In this document: positions 18,465 to 30,088 of the stretch, one piece after another
Layout of the letters: every line of letters begins with the position of its first letter
Numbering within the stretch: position 1 is the first letter of the stretch
Assembly: GCA_963708075.1 (NCBI GenBank)
Contig: OY970194.1
Location: 3,776,001-3,840,000 of the forward strand
DNA from: Sedimentisphaerales bacterium
GTDB taxonomy: Bacteria; Planctomycetota; Phycisphaerae; Sedimentisphaerales; Anaerobacaceae
DNA length: 64,000 bases
Direction of reading: 5' to 3'
Notes under the pieces: model-generated
The model's input: only the letters and a program-made list of their open reading frames with translations
Databases searched by the model: none
Told to the model about the DNA's origin: nothing
Position numbers and translations under genes: made by a program

Positions 18465-21125
18465 CTACAGCCTTCCTTTCATGACGAAACTCACTGGGGC
18501 AAACGCCGTCAGATTCACAGTGAACATGCCCTGCTCCACGGGAATCAGTGCACCGGCCGGTTCGCCGCGGAGATTCACTGGTTGGACTTGCTCAACATCG
18601 ATCCCCGCGGGCAGACGCACCCGACACGCGCCGGAATTGCCCGCGTATTCCCATAAACGCAGCACGATCCCGGGGCCGTCCGGATTGCGGCCGAAGGCCG
18701 TGACCAGCACGCCTTTGAGCGACAGTTCCAATCCCGCCTGTGCGGTCGGCAGCTTCCCGCCGGGGCCGTTGGCCCAGGCCGCCTGGAGCGGATAGCGGGA
18801 TTCCAGGGCAGGCGTGATGAGCAACGACTCCGACTGGTAGCGGTCAATCGGCCAGATCCGGACGCGCGAGGTCCACGTGCCTGAGTTCCACAGCCGGAAG
18901 TTCGTGTTCCACTGGTTGTTGAACAAGTTCACATAGACGGTCGGCTTACGTGGCACAAAGTCGTGCGTGTACTTCCAGCAGCCCGGCGTGTCCAGACTGA
19001 CCAGCGGAGAATCGAGCGGGCAAACGCCGACGCCCTGGCCCTGTGGGTCGGTGACAGCCAGGCCGGTATTGAGTCCGAAGATGTGCCGGTTGGCGCCCGG
19101 CAGGATGTCGCGGGCGGGGTCGATGATCGAAGCGACCCGGCCGAGGCGGAACTGCGGTGAATCGACCTTCAGTGGCAGGCAGAGCCAGCCGGCCTCGGAC
19201 CATGAATCGGCCGGCTTATCATGAAGCGTGATCTCGAGATCCAGGTACGGCTGGTCGCGATATAGAACGACCCGTGTTGTGACCGCCGGCAGGTCTCCAT
19301 CCGCGCGGTTTTCCATCACGGCCGCCACCGAGACCGCTGACCGCTCGAAGCGAAGCTGGAAATCCTTCGGCGAAGCAGCGCGATACGGGAATTCCTCGGC
19401 GGGTGGCTGGCTGACTTTGTTGAACACCTGGCTCTTGACCTGCTCCGGAAGGCGGAGGTACGCATTGCAGTATTCATTCATCTGCTTCGTGTCGAACCGC
19501 TCGTACAGGTACTGGCCCAAACCGACCGCCGCTGTGTCATCGACCAACTCGCGCCCCGAGGCCTTTTCCATCAGCGACCGCACAATGCCTCGCGCGGGAT
19601 CGAACGTCGCGCGGAATTGAGCGGTTTCGATCACGCCGCCATCGCTGGAAAGAAGCGGAGCCGAGGCGTTGACCGGGACATAGGTGCGGTAGCCCATCGG
19701 CGGCACATCGCGGGCAATGAAGCGACACTGGCCGTTTACGGTTTCGACCGCCAGGTCCTCGCCACGATCTACCGCTCGCATCGCGTCCGCGCCCGGCGTC
19801 TGGGCCTCGATGCTCACCAATCCGTCGCGCTTCCACGGCAGCGGGTTGTAGACCACGAGCCGCTGCCCGGTGTAGCCTACGTTTCGGGCGAGTGACGTGA
19901 GGTTCTCCTGCAGAACTGGCATGAGGACCTTATGCACGTTTTCAATATACGCGGTGTGCTCGTCCCAGGAGGCTTCGATCTTCCGGAACCGGCCGGCCGC
20001 GCGGTCCTTACGAAAATCCTCACCGAAGCTCATCTTGCCTTCGATGTGTCCAAACCCGGCCCACCACCCCATCCCGCCCCAGGTATGTTCGCCATAGAGC
20101 AGGCTTTGCTCGTAGGCCTCAGCCACCGCCGGTGCGGCATCAGGCACCGTCACACCCCACGCATCCAGTTGTGTATTAAGCGATTCCGTGGCGGCAATCA
20201 GCGGCCGGAGGTTGCGGGCGATCTTGCCGCCCGCCGGGTCCGACATCGGACCGTGAATCCAGGTGTCCGGGGCATCGCCACGGATGACAGGCAAATCGGC
20301 CTTCTCGGCTGCAATGGCGTCGGCGAAATCGGAAAGTCGGCCGATCCGCACTTTGACACCAGGCAGCTTTTGGGCTGCTTCGTCGAGTACCTTCTGGACA
20401 TCCTCGGGCCGCGGCGGACCGACGTTGTCACCCGTATGGAGCAATGCCAGCCAGGTCTTGTAGGGCCAGTCTTTGGGAGGCATCAGGCCGGTACCGTAAT
20501 CGGGCGAGTACATCGTCAGCGTTCGCGAGCCGTCCGGCCCCTCCCACCAGAACAGCGGCGGCACCAGCAGCGGCGCGCTCCATCCATTGCAGCCGATGTG
20601 CATGAAGCGCACGCCGGCATGGTGCAACAGCGTGGATAGCATCCAGGTGTGTTCGGGGACATCGGTCATCTTTCCATCGTACGGCAGGGCGAGGCCCAGT
20701 TCCCGTGTGAGCCGCGACGAGTAGCCCAGCCCGCGCACCATGTCTTCCACTTCGAGCAGTTCGGTGTGCGTGGTGAACGGCAGTGCGTGAACCACGAATC
20801 GGCCGTCTTTGAACGCCTGCACGATCTGCTGCTTCCGGTCAGGTGTCTGACCTTGCCAGTCTTCAAGAATCTTATGCATCGGCCAGCCGGGGATTGTCCA
20901 GACGAACTGCTGTTCCGGCGGCAGATCATGACTCTGATCCACCACCTTGAGGGCCTGGTCGATCATCGTCGTGCGATAACGTTGCACAACGTTGGCGGCC
21001 ATGTCCGTATAGCCGATGTCGAAGTGGGTCTTGAAAACAACAATGACTTCCTGAACGTCGGCTGACGCAGCTATTGGCGCTATCAGCCCGCAAAGCAAAG
21101 CGACCGCCAAGGCTTGTCTTCTCAT
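18465..21125 (-). CDS. Secreted GH38-like (alpha-mannosidase clan) glycoside hydrolase
   Basis: Signal peptide; motifs KTHFDIGYTD, MTDVPEH, FWWEGPDGS, GDN, EHTWG, VYNPLPW and NNQWNTNF. Confidence 0.8.
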   Translation of the reverse strand: MRRQALAVALLCGLIAPIAASADVQEVIVVFKTHFDIGYTDMAANVVQRYRTTMIDQALKVVDQSHDLPPEQQFVWTIPGWPMHKILEDWQGQTPDRKQQIVQAFKDGRFVVHALPFTTHTELLEVEDMVRGLGYSSRLTRELGLALPYDGKMTDVPEHTWMLSTLLHHAGVRFMHIGCNGWSAPLLVPPLFWWEGPDGSRTLTMYSPDYGTGLMPPKDWPYKTWLALLHTGDNVGPPRPEDVQKVLDEAAQKLPGVKVRIGRLSDFADAIAAEKADLPVIRGDAPDTWIHGPMSDPAGGKIARNLRPLIAATESLNTQLDAWGVTVPDAAPAVAEAYEQSLLYGEHTWGGMGWWAGFGHIEGKMSFGEDFRKDRAAGRFRKIEASWDEHTAYIENVHKVLMPVLQENLTSLARNVGYTGQRLVVYNPLPWKRDGLVSIEAQTPGADAMRAVDRGEDLAVETVNGQCRFIARDVPPMGYRTYVPVNASAPLLSSDGGVIETAQFRATFDPARGIVRSLMEKASGRELVDDTAAVGLGQYLYERFDTKQMNEYCNAYLRLPEQVKSQVFNKVSQPPAEEFPYRAASPKDFQLRFERSAVSVAAVMENRADGDLPAVTTRVVLYRDQPYLDLEITLHDKPADSWSEAGWLCLPLKVDSPQFRLGRVASIIDPARDILPGANRHIFGLNTGLAVTDPQGQGVGVCPLDSPLVSLDTPGCWKYTHDFVPRKPTVYVNLFNNQWNTNFRLWNSGTWTSRVRIWPIDRYQSESLLITPALESRYPLQAAWANGPGGKLPTAQAGLELSLKGVLVTAFGRNPDGPGIVLRLWEYAGNSGACRVRLPAGIDVEQVQPVNLRGEPAGALIPVEQGMFTVNLTAFAPVSFVMKGRL

Positions 21126-21128
21126 AGC

Positions 21129-24100
21129 TTATCTGAACTCCGCACGGAGACTCACTAGCCCCGAGGCGGGGACTTTGATCTTGCCGCTCACCTGTTTACC
21201 CGCACGCTCGCTGGTATCGCTCAGGAACACGCCCGCCGGTGGCGCGATGCCCCACTTGAGCGTGGCGGACCTCGCCTTTGCCGACGCACCGAACAGCCGG
21301 ATGATCACGGCCTTGCCGTCATCGCTCGGCTTGAGAGCCGTCACGAGGACATCCTCAGGCTCCACACGGAGGAACGGTGCGCCGGAGGGCTTCGCGCCGC
21401 TTGCACGAACAGCCAGAAGCGGCTGGCTGAAACCGGTAGCGAAACGCGAGGCTTCCGCCACGTCGCGCCTGTCGTGCGGCCGCAGGATGAAACGGAACAC
21501 GGTCGGTCCCTCCTGGTAGGCGCGATAGTTCGTGCCCCAGTGGTTGTTCATGGCCCACGAGTAGAGCTTCTGGGTCGGCTCGACGTGCTTACGCCAGATG
21601 TCCGGGTTGGTCTGCGAGTTGAGCAGCGTGGCGGTGATCCCGCCCACCTGCACCAGCGGAGCATCGAGCGTCACCCATGTGACGCCCCGGCTCTTGTTCG
21701 AGACATCGGCCCAACGGCCCACGGTGAACCAATTCTTGCACGCGCTGGGCATTTGGTCGGCCTCCGGACGCATTACGCCGAGCGGAAGGTCGAGCAGCAT
21801 GTCGCCATTCGGCACCGCGAACGGGAACGCGAAGTTCACGCTCTCCTTGCCCTCCTTTGCCATGTAGCTCTTGGCAGGCAAGCGCTCCTTATCCACGGCG
21901 TTGATGCACTCGACGTAGTCGAGCCCGGCCACGACGCGAAGCTCGCGCACAAGCTTCTTGCAGCCCGGCGCAGCGGATTCGACAATAAGCGAGGCCACCA
22001 GCGGACCTTTCTCGCCTATGCGAATCGTCACCTTGCCATTTCGCTGAATGTTCTTCAGATCGTCGCCGATCAGATAGAGGTAGTCGTTCAGGGCCTCACC
22101 GCCGCTGGTGTCGGCGAAGTTGCCCTTCAGATCCTTTGCGGTCAGCTCGACGATTCCGCCGGTCTTCTCATCCACACGCAGACGAATGACGCCACTGTCA
22201 AGAGTCGATCCCTGTGCGGCCGCCTGACCCTTGGCCTCGGGAGCACCCGAGGTCGCGATGTAGCGCTGTGAGGTAAAGGCCGGCACATCCTTGGTGAGGA
22301 ATACGAGCTCGCCCGAGGATAGCCGCTGCGACGGGACTACCTTTCCTTTGTCGTCGATCACGCGATCACCCGTGGCGGAGAGTTCCCTGGACAGGGTCAC
22401 CAATTCCGTTCGCGGCCATGAGAGCGTGTTGAACACATCCACCGCTCCCGGCGGTGCGCTCGATCCGACGCGTTTCGCTGTCGCCGCGGCTAATAGCTCG
22501 CATGATTGCTTGTCCGCCGCCAGGGCATAGCTCTGCTTGATTTCCCATTGTTCTTTTGTCTTCTGCCGTTCCGGCCCGGTGACGCTGCAGTCGGCACCCC
22601 AGGTGTGCTCCGAGTAGAGCAGCACGCTGTTCCAGGCGTCTCCGAAGGCCGCCGCTGGATATACGGGGGGCTTGAGCATCGCAAACAGCGTTTCCGCCTG
22701 CGCGAGCCTGTCGGAGCTGGCGCGATTCATCGCGGTCTCCAGTGCGGACGAGCCCGCGCCATCCTCCCAGTACGGCGTCCAGTCCCCTCGCACCGTGGGA
22801 AGCCTGTCGCCGTAACGCTGCTCGAACGTGCGAAAAGCTTCCGTCGTACCGCAGATGATGAAGTGCGGCCAAGTGTATTTGGCATTCCAGTCCCTGACGA
22901 ACTCGCAGATAGCGGGGTCGGGCACGGCGTTGTCCCCATGGCCGCTCCAGCGCACGTACGCGATGTCAAATGGGTAGCCGCGTTTCTCCAGGCCATCGGA
23001 GAAATCCTCCACGAGCTGCGGCGACATCTTTCCATACTTATGCGACATCGCGTAGCCCCAGAACGGAATCCAGACGAGCACCTTCGACCGGCCATCGGGT
23101 CCCACCCAGTAGAATGGTTTGTTTTCCCATTCCCGCAGGATCGTACCGATGCGGTCGAAGTAGTTCGGCGCTGCGGAGAAGTACCGGATGCCCGCGTGTG
23201 CCATGGCGGTGACCGTGCCCCACGTGTAGCCGGGGACGTCGGAGATCATGACGGACTCGATCGGCACGCCGGTCTTTTCGGCCAACTCCGTGGAGTAGCG
23301 GAACAGACGGACCAGCTCCTCCGGGCGACATAAGCCGGTCAGCTCGTTCAGATACATGCCGTTCAGGACGACCTGGCCGCTCTTGACCGCGGCGAGGAAA
23401 TCCGCCCGCTGCTGCTCGTCGAGCCGGTGCAGGATACAGGTCCGCCGCCCACAGCACCTCTACGTTCCAGACAAACCGGGCCCCCGGCGGGTAATTGGCG
23501 GTACGCTTGGCCGCGGCGAGGCCGTCAATAAGGTTCTGCACCTGCCTTTTCTCGATGGCCGTCTGAATCTCCGTGTAGCCGATGTCGGTGTGCGAGTGCG
23601 GCGTGATGTACACCGTAAGCTTCTTCACCGGTTTCAGTGTGATCTCGCGGGACGCCACGATTTTGCCGCCCACCTCGACCGTGACCTGTCGTTTTGTTTC
23701 CTTGCCGATAGCGCCGGCCATCAGCTCCGCCTCCTGCGAACCCTCCTTGAGACGCACAGTCACGGCGGGCCCGTCCTGCAAGCGCACAACCGCGTCGGTG
23801 CTTTCGCCAAAATGCCGCAGAGTGACCAGCACCGGCTGCACCGGCTTCCCATCCCGCTCCCGCAGCGCGCGGATGGGTCTAACGTCATCAAGCAGGGTCC
23901 GCGACTGCACCTGGCCCAACTCGGCCCCGGCGGGCACAGCCAACTCGATGCTGTCGTAGAGCATCCAGGAACCGCTGACCGTAATGATGCGAATTTCATT
24001 GTCGCCGGTCTTGAGAAGACTCGCCGGGAAGGTCACGGCGAAGTTGTGCCGCTTGCCCTTGTCCGGCTGGCCGAACACGGAGGCGTCCCCCGCGCCGGCG

Positions 24101-24540
24101 GGCAGGGCTTGCTCGAACGGCCGCGCGTTGACTTCCACACGGAGCTTCGGCGGGCCTGCGCCCTGGGTGTCGATCAAGTTGAACTGGAGCCGGCATTCTC
24201 CTGCGACTGGCGGGACTTTGAGTCCGAAGAGCACGACGAACGTATGCGGTCGGCCCCCCGCCCAACCATCCACCGGCCCCGGGTGCACATACGGCCAGTC
24301 CTTCTTCGCATCCGAGCTGCCGACGACAAAGAACCCGTCGGTCTTGAATTGCGCGTAACCGCCCGGCGCCAACGCGAACTCCGCGTTCTTCCCGTCAGCC
24401 TCGCCGATCCGCCACAGGGATGTGAGCTCACCCGCGAGAGCGTTCCCCGCGACAGTACTCACAAGACAGAGCACGAGCGCAATCATCGCAAGCGGTTTTG
24501 CATTTACGACAGTCGATTTGCAGTTTCCGGTCATCATCAT
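21129..24540 (-). CDS. Secreted GH38-like glycoside hydrolase with N-terminal PL4-domain-III-like beta-sandwich, frameshift at ~23432
   Basis: ORF 23038..24540 (LWRIGEADG..EF, HSHTDIGYT) joins ORF 21129..23357 (SDVPG, FYWVGPDG, EHTWG, NNHWGTNY). Deleting one C gives LY-LHRLDEQQ..NGMYLNEL. Start position uncertain. Confidence 0.8.
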
Positions 24541-24712
24541 AAGCAGGTCCTCACAATCATAATCAGGGCCTCATGCTACCCTGTGAATCGCCCCCGTGCC
24601 AGTTGCCATCCTCCATTTTTTCTTCGAATCTGGCGAGTTCTTCGGCCACGGCCCTTGCATGAAACCCCCTATCTCATAAAATCGCCCGATATGGGTTGGA
24701 AACAAGGAACAT

Positions 24713-24741
24713 GTACGGGCGGGTTTGAAACCCGCCCCTAC
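24713..24741. repeat. GTAG-type REP palindrome (family A)
   Basis: gtacgggcgggtttgaaacccgcccctac in a divergent intergenic region. Confidence 0.85.
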
Positions 24742-24771
24742 CGACGGGTCTTTTGGAGGCCGATCTCATGG

Positions 24772-26091
24772 ATGATTCGACAGTCGCCATTGGAAATTCG
24801 ATTTCGCGGAGAACCCCCTTCCCTTCGCGTGTTCTGGGTCGCCAATAGCGTCGAGGTACTGGAGCGATTCGCCTACTACGGCATCTACTTCGGCTTTGGG
24901 ATCTACATGGCCCGCCTGGGCTATTCCCGCGAGCAGTTGGGCATCGTGCAGAGCCTCTTTCTGCTGCTGTCCTACGTGACTCCGGTGATCTCCGGGACCT
25001 TTGCCGACCGGTACGGTTTCAAGAAGATCCTGATCATCTCGTACCTGGCTTACCTGCCGTCGATCCTGCTGCTGATCCTGACGAAGTCCTATTCAGGGAT
25101 CATTCTGACGATGCTCAGCATTGGCCTGGCCGCCGGCATCTTCAAGCCTCTGATCTCCGGCACAATCCGCGCGGTCACCGACAAGACCAACAAGACCCTG
25201 GGTTTTGGCATCTTCTATGCGATGGTCAACGTCGGCGGCTCGTTCGGACCGATCGTCGCCGGCAAGCTGCGAGCGATCTCCTGGAACTATGCCTTCATCG
25301 CCTCGGCGGTCGCCGTGGTGGTGATGCTGATCATCACGATCTTCTTCTACAAGGAGCCCCCTCGCCAGACCGACGGGGCCACGCTCGGCCACAAGCTCAA
25401 GGAAATCGGGACGACCCTCGCGGACAGGAGGTTTGCCGCGTTTCTGCTGCTGCTGGGCATCTTCTTCTGGCTGCCATTCTGGGCGTTCTTCAACCTGTGC
25501 GCCCTGTACGTGGACTCGTCCATCGATACCGCCCGGCTGTATCTGGACATCAAGGCCGTCTTCGGCACTGCCTTCGCCAACTTCTTCTCCTATGTGGACG
25601 ACAACAAAGTCCGGCGCATCCTCGGTGAGACGATCTCCCACACCGGCTACATCATCATGATCTTCCAACTCCTCGTCTCGCGCATCGTGGAGCGATCCCG
25701 ACCGATTCCGGCCTTTCTCTGGGGACTGGCCATTGCGGCGGTAGGCTTTGTGGTCCTGGGCTACGCCGCCATCTCCGTTCCGGCGCTGGTCTTCCTGGGC
25801 ATCTTCCTGTTCGCCGTGGGCGAGATGATCACCTCGCCACGGATTCAGGAGTACATCACCTGGATCGCTCCTAAGGAGAAGGCCGGTCTGTACATGGGGT
25901 CCAACTTCCTGGCCACCGGCATTGGCGGCGTCACCAGCGGTGTGACTTACACGACCCTGTACGGCCGCTTTCAGGATGCCGGCCACCCCGAGTACGTCTG
26001 GTATGTCCTGGCCGCCCACGTGGTCGTTGGCATCCTGGCGATCTTCCTGTTCATGCGGATCGCAGGCGAGTTCCGCGAGCGGCAGGAGTAA
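24772..26091 (+). CDS. MFS transporter, POT/PTR (peptide:H+ symporter)-like
   Basis: Motifs EVLERFAYYG, ADRYG, GIFKP, FYAMVNVG and GEMITSP; ~12 TM segments. In-frame ATG at 24772, but the better RBS/ATG at 24768 would need a one-base fix near 24824. Confidence 0.85.
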   Translation: MIRQSPLEIRFRGEPPSLRVFWVANSVEVLERFAYYGIYFGFGIYMARLGYSREQLGIVQSLFLLLSYVTPVISGTFADRYGFKKILIISYLAYLPSILLLILTKSYSGIILTMLSIGLAAGIFKPLISGTIRAVTDKTNKTLGFGIFYAMVNVGGSFGPIVAGKLRAISWNYAFIASAVAVVVMLIITIFFYKEPPRQTDGATLGHKLKEIGTTLADRRFAAFLLLLGIFFWLPFWAFFNLCALYVDSSIDTARLYLDIKAVFGTAFANFFSYVDDNKVRRILGETISHTGYIIMIFQLLVSRIVERSRPIPAFLWGLAIAAVGFVVLGYAAISVPALVFLGIFLFAVGEMITSPRIQEYITWIAPKEKAGLYMGSNFLATGIGGVTSGVTYTTLYGRFQDAGHPEYVWYVLAAHVVVGILAIFLFMRIAGEFRERQE

Positions 26092-26144
26092 GCAGAGGCG
26101 CAACAACTTGTATCTTCGCTACTTGTATTTTGGAGGATCACGCA

Positions 26145-27107
26145 ATGAACGGCAGATCAGCAAAATCGTGGTGGCTTGCAACAAGTTTGGCTCTGGTCGG
26201 GACGCTGCTCTTTTTCGCCGGGGCTGCACACGCCCAGGGAGCCGCAATGTCGAAACCGGCGCCTGCTCCGGATCCCACGGATGGCAAGGTAAGAATCATC
26301 TGCTTCGGCGCCCATCCCGATGATTGCGAGTTCAGCGCCGGGGGCACGGCGGCCCTGTGGGCGGCCCGCGGCCATCACGTCAAATTCGTCTCCTGCACCA
26401 ACGGCGACATCGGTCACTGGGGCATGGCCGGCGGGCCGCTGGCCCAGCGACGCACCGCCGAAGTCAAGCGCTGCGCCGAGATCTTCGGCATCGAGATGGA
26501 AGTGCTCGACATCCATGACGGCGAGCTGATGCCGACTATGGAGAACCGCAAAACCATCGTCCGGCTGATCCGCCAATGGCGGGCGGATGTCGTCATGTGC
26601 CATCGGCCCAACGACTACCATCCTGACCACCGCAATGTCGGCATGCTCGTCCAGGACGCCGGCTACATGGCCACCGTCGCGTTCTTCTGCCCGGACATTC
26701 CCTACCTGAAGCGAAACCCGGTCTTTCTGTACTACGAGGACGGATTCAAGAAGCCCAACCCGTTCTCCCCGGACATCGTGGTCGGCATCGACGAAGTCGT
26801 GGGCAAGAAGCTGGACGCAGCGATAGCTTTGGCATCGCAGACGCTCGAAGGCGGCTGCGACGGCTCCGAGAATTCGTATCCGAGCGATCCGGAGAAACGC
26901 AAGGCTCGCGAGGAGCAGGTCCGCCGCAGCTTCGACGGCTCGTTCGCCGGGGCCGCCAACCAGTTCCGAAAGCAACTCGCCGACTGGTACGGTCAGGAAC
27001 AGGCCGGCAAGATCCGCTATGCGGAAGCCTTCGAGATCTGTGAATACGGCCGCCAGCCCAACAAAAAGGAGATTCGGGAGCTGTTTCCATTTTTCCCAAA
27101 TCCGTAG
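26145..27107 (+). CDS. PIG-L/LmbE family N-acetyl deacetylase, secreted
   Basis: GGAGG RBS, signal peptide, GAHPDDCE, TNGD, DYHPDH and YAEAF. Confidence 0.9.
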   Translation: MNGRSAKSWWLATSLALVGTLLFFAGAAHAQGAAMSKPAPAPDPTDGKVRIICFGAHPDDCEFSAGGTAALWAARGHHVKFVSCTNGDIGHWGMAGGPLAQRRTAEVKRCAEIFGIEMEVLDIHDGELMPTMENRKTIVRLIRQWRADVVMCHRPNDYHPDHRNVGMLVQDAGYMATVAFFCPDIPYLKRNPVFLYYEDGFKKPNPFSPDIVVGIDEVVGKKLDAAIALASQTLEGGCDGSENSYPSDPEKRKAREEQVRRSFDGSFAGAANQFRKQLADWYGQEQAGKIRYAEAFEICEYGRQPNKKEIRELFPFFPNP

Positions 27108-27144
27108 AACGCGCGGGCGTATTGTCCAACTCCTCCGCCAACGT

Positions 27145-27173
27145 GGGCGGGCGGGTTTCAAACCCGCCCCTAC
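27145..27173. repeat. GTAG-type REP palindrome (family A) between convergent genes
   Basis: gggcgggtttcaaacccgcccctac overlapping the rnr stop codon. Confidence 0.8.
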
Positions 27174-29360
27174 TGCCTGCGACGGTTTCGATGTCTTTGG
27201 GAGCGTTTTCGCTGGCCCTGTTGTGGCCGGGTCTGCTGAGGCAATCTCGCGATAAGATCGACGGCTGGAGCCAAGTCGAGTTGCCCCGCGGCGGGATAGA
27301 CATCGACGATCCGTACGCGCATGGTCTGCCCTAGCCGCAGGACCGCCCTCGTGTGGCGGCCGATGAGGCATTGACTTTGCTCGTCGAACTGCCAGTGATC
27401 CGGTCCCAGGGCCTCGCGTCGGATCAGCCCTTCCACGCCGTACTCGGGCAGGTACACGGCAGCCCCGAATCCGGTCAGGCTCACGACGACCCCGTCCAGC
27501 TCCTGCCCGGTAAACCCCTTCAATAGATGAAGGACGAGAATCGTCTTGAGTTCCTGCACGGCGTCTTCCGCGGCCTGCTCGGTTTCCGAAATGTGCTCTC
27601 CGATATTCGCGAGTTCCGCGAAGGAATATTGGCGACGAGCGTAGTCCACTCTGCCGGTCAGATATCCGTGGAGCACGCGATGCACGATGAGGTCCGCGTA
27701 GCGACGAATGGGACTTGTGAAGTGGCAGTACTTGCGTGCGGCCAGGGCGTAGTGGCCGACACTCTCAGGGCCGTAGACCGCCCTCTCCAAGCTGCGCAGG
27801 ACAAGAATGTTCACGGGTAATGCCGCCCGGGTATTGCGGACCTGGTCCAGCAGTTTCTGTAAATCGCCGCGCTGAGGTTGGCGAGAGAGCGTCATTCCCA
27901 GCAGCCGAAGGGTCTGCGAGAGCCGGCGAAAGGCGGCGGAATCAGGCTCGGGGTGGATACGCCGTATGAAAGGGATGCAGTAGCGGTCGAGCAGAGTCGC
28001 CACCGCGACATTGGCCTCAACCATGAACATCTCGATGATCGTATGCGGATAGCAGGTGTCTTCGGGCTGGACGCCGATCACCTGCCCCGAACCATCCATC
28101 ACGACTTCACCGGCGAACGTCTGCAATTGCAGCATGCCCGCCCGGCGTCGGCGATCCTCGATCCGGCGGGCCAGTTCGTCCATACCGTGCAACAGGGTCA
28201 CGACATCCGCTGACAGGCCGCAGGGGTCGCCCTTCAACACGCGGTCGGCCTGCTGGTATGTCAGACGAGCCTGGGACTTCATCATCGTATTGGCAAAGCG
28301 GGTGGCCTGGACACGGCCGTCTTTGTCGTAGGTCAGGTACACGCTCTTGGTGTATCGCGGCTGGCCCGGCTGAAGGGAACAAACGCCGTTGCTCAGCATC
28401 TCCGGAAGCATCGGCAGCGTCCTGCCAGGCAGATAGACGCTGTTGCCGCGTTGGCGGGCGCAGCGGTCCAGGGCGGAACTGGCCGGGACGAAATGGCTGA
28501 CATCCGCGATGTGAACCCCAAGGACCGACCGCCCCTGCTCATCGGTGGTAAGGCTGATGGCATCGTCAAAGTCTTTGGCGTCCGGCGGGTCAATCGTAAT
28601 GATCAGGGCGCCGGTGATGTCCTCGCGGCCGCGAGTGTCCCGGGGATCGAAATTCTCCCTCGCGTTGCTGGCCTCGACCAGGCTGCTCGGATCGAAGTCC
28701 TCCTGCAAGCCGTGGCGTTGGATGATCGCGGAGATTTCCGTATCGAACCGGCCCGGCCTGCCAAGGACTTCCGTAATCACCCCGCGCCGGCTGGGAACGA
28801 GTCGGATAGGTGCGAATCCTCACCGCCACCTTATCCCCATGGCGGACCCTTCGGATATCGATGCTTTCCACCTCGACCGGCCGGAAGAAATCCCCGCCGT
28901 CCGGCTGGACTACCCACAAGCTCTGCTCCTGCCGCAGCGTGCCGACCACGGTCGTATGGGCCCGCTCCAGGACCCGGACGATTTCCCCGGTGAGCCGGTC
29001 CTGGTCCTTCTTTCGCGTGATCCTCGCGACGACGCGGTCCCCCGTCATCGCATTGCCGGTGGCGTTGGCAGGGATGAACACGTCATCGTCCATGCTGTCC
29101 TGCTGGGGCGTGATGAACCCGTACCCGCGGGCATTGGCCCGGAAGGTGCCTGTGATCTCGTTGGAGATCTCCGGCAGTTTGACGAGATTGCCCGCCCCGA
29201 CGATCACGCTGCCCTCCGCGCAGAGTGAGTCCAGCGCCTCGCGAAAGGCGGCCCTCAGCTCGCCGCGAATGCCCAGTTCCTGTTCCAGGTGAACGAGCTT
29301 GCGGGGCGAACTATCCTTCTGCAGCAGATGCAGAATATGGCTCTTCAAAACCTCGTGCAT
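27170..29360 (-). CDS. rnr: Ribonuclease R, frameshift at ~28780
   Basis: N-terminal cold-shock domain (RGYGF, DVFIP, AMTGDRV); RNB motifs TIDPPDAKDFDDA and HFTSPIRRYADL; S1 domain and basic tail. One base is missing in the C/G run near 28780-28783. Confidence 0.92.
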
Positions 29361-29434
29361 CGACGCATCATATCATCCGGCGTAACCCGCCGTAAGGTCC
29401 AAACCCAGTCGTGCCGCCAACAGCCAGCCGAGCC

Positions 29435-29902
29435 AAATTGGCTTTGTTTCGCACACAGGTCCTCAGCGACTTCGTGTGCCCGGCAGGGCAAATTGGCTTT
29501 GTTTTGCGCGATCGGCCCCGGTCGTGGTGACGCCGCGACGCGTTTCCTTCAAGGCCCTTACGGGCACACTACAGACAGGTCCGCCGGCATATTTGGCTTT
29601 GTTTTTCGCACAGGCATAATCCGCGTTTTTCGCATAACTCTTTTGCCTACCGGGAATTACCTTCCATTGGGCCCTCCGCCAATTGGCTTTGTTTCGCGCA
29701 ATCATCCCTGCTTGCCGGCCGACAGCCCCCGGAATTTGGCTTTGTTTCACACAGTACGCCGGGCAAATTGACTTTGTTTGTGCGACCCGGCCCCTGTAGG
29801 GGCGGGTTTCAAACCCGCCCTCACGCTTGCCGGCACATCACGAACCCGCCGGGCAAATTGGCTTTGTTTAGCGCGGCAGGCACGGAGGAATTGGGTTTGT
29901 TT
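29435..29902. repeat. Array of 8 copies of a 15-bp motif (consensus AAATTGGCTTTGTTT) with irregular spacers
   Basis: Copies start at 29435, 29490, 29590, 29680, 29733, 29765, 29855 and 29888. Confidence 0.9.
29796..29824. repeat. GTAG-type REP palindrome (family A) inside the 15-bp motif array
   Basis: gtaggggcgggtttcaaacccgccctcac. Confidence 0.8.
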
Positions 29903-30088
29903 CGCAGGATCACTTGTGTCGGGGCTCATGGACCTCTTGGCATTATGTAAATCGGCGAGGATGGACGATTCACCGGTCATGGACAGGCTCTCCGAATGGA
30001 CTATGTCGCTATCCGCTATTCCGTTGTGTCCCTATCATACATATGCACGCATTTTCTGTCAACTGAAATCCCGCCGATAGCCACGTTT

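Noticed and set aside
23356..24770. N-terminal 470 aa of the 911-aa ORF as part of the MFS transporter
   Set aside because: It is an antisense shadow of the GH38-like gene that runs through a REP; the RBS and transporter motifs begin near 24770.
26106..26131. ACTTGTAT direct repeat upstream of the PIG-L gene as an operator
   Set aside because: Only two 8-bp copies and no adjacent regulator; too weak to support.
29435..29902. CRISPR array
   Set aside because: The repeat is only ~15 bp, spacing varies from 32 to 100 bp, and there are no cas genes in the window.
29289..30080. Short ORFs with KQSQF / LALF / IGFV repeats as real proteins
   Set aside because: The motif appears in several frames and on both strands, so the ORFs are better explained by the DNA repeat.
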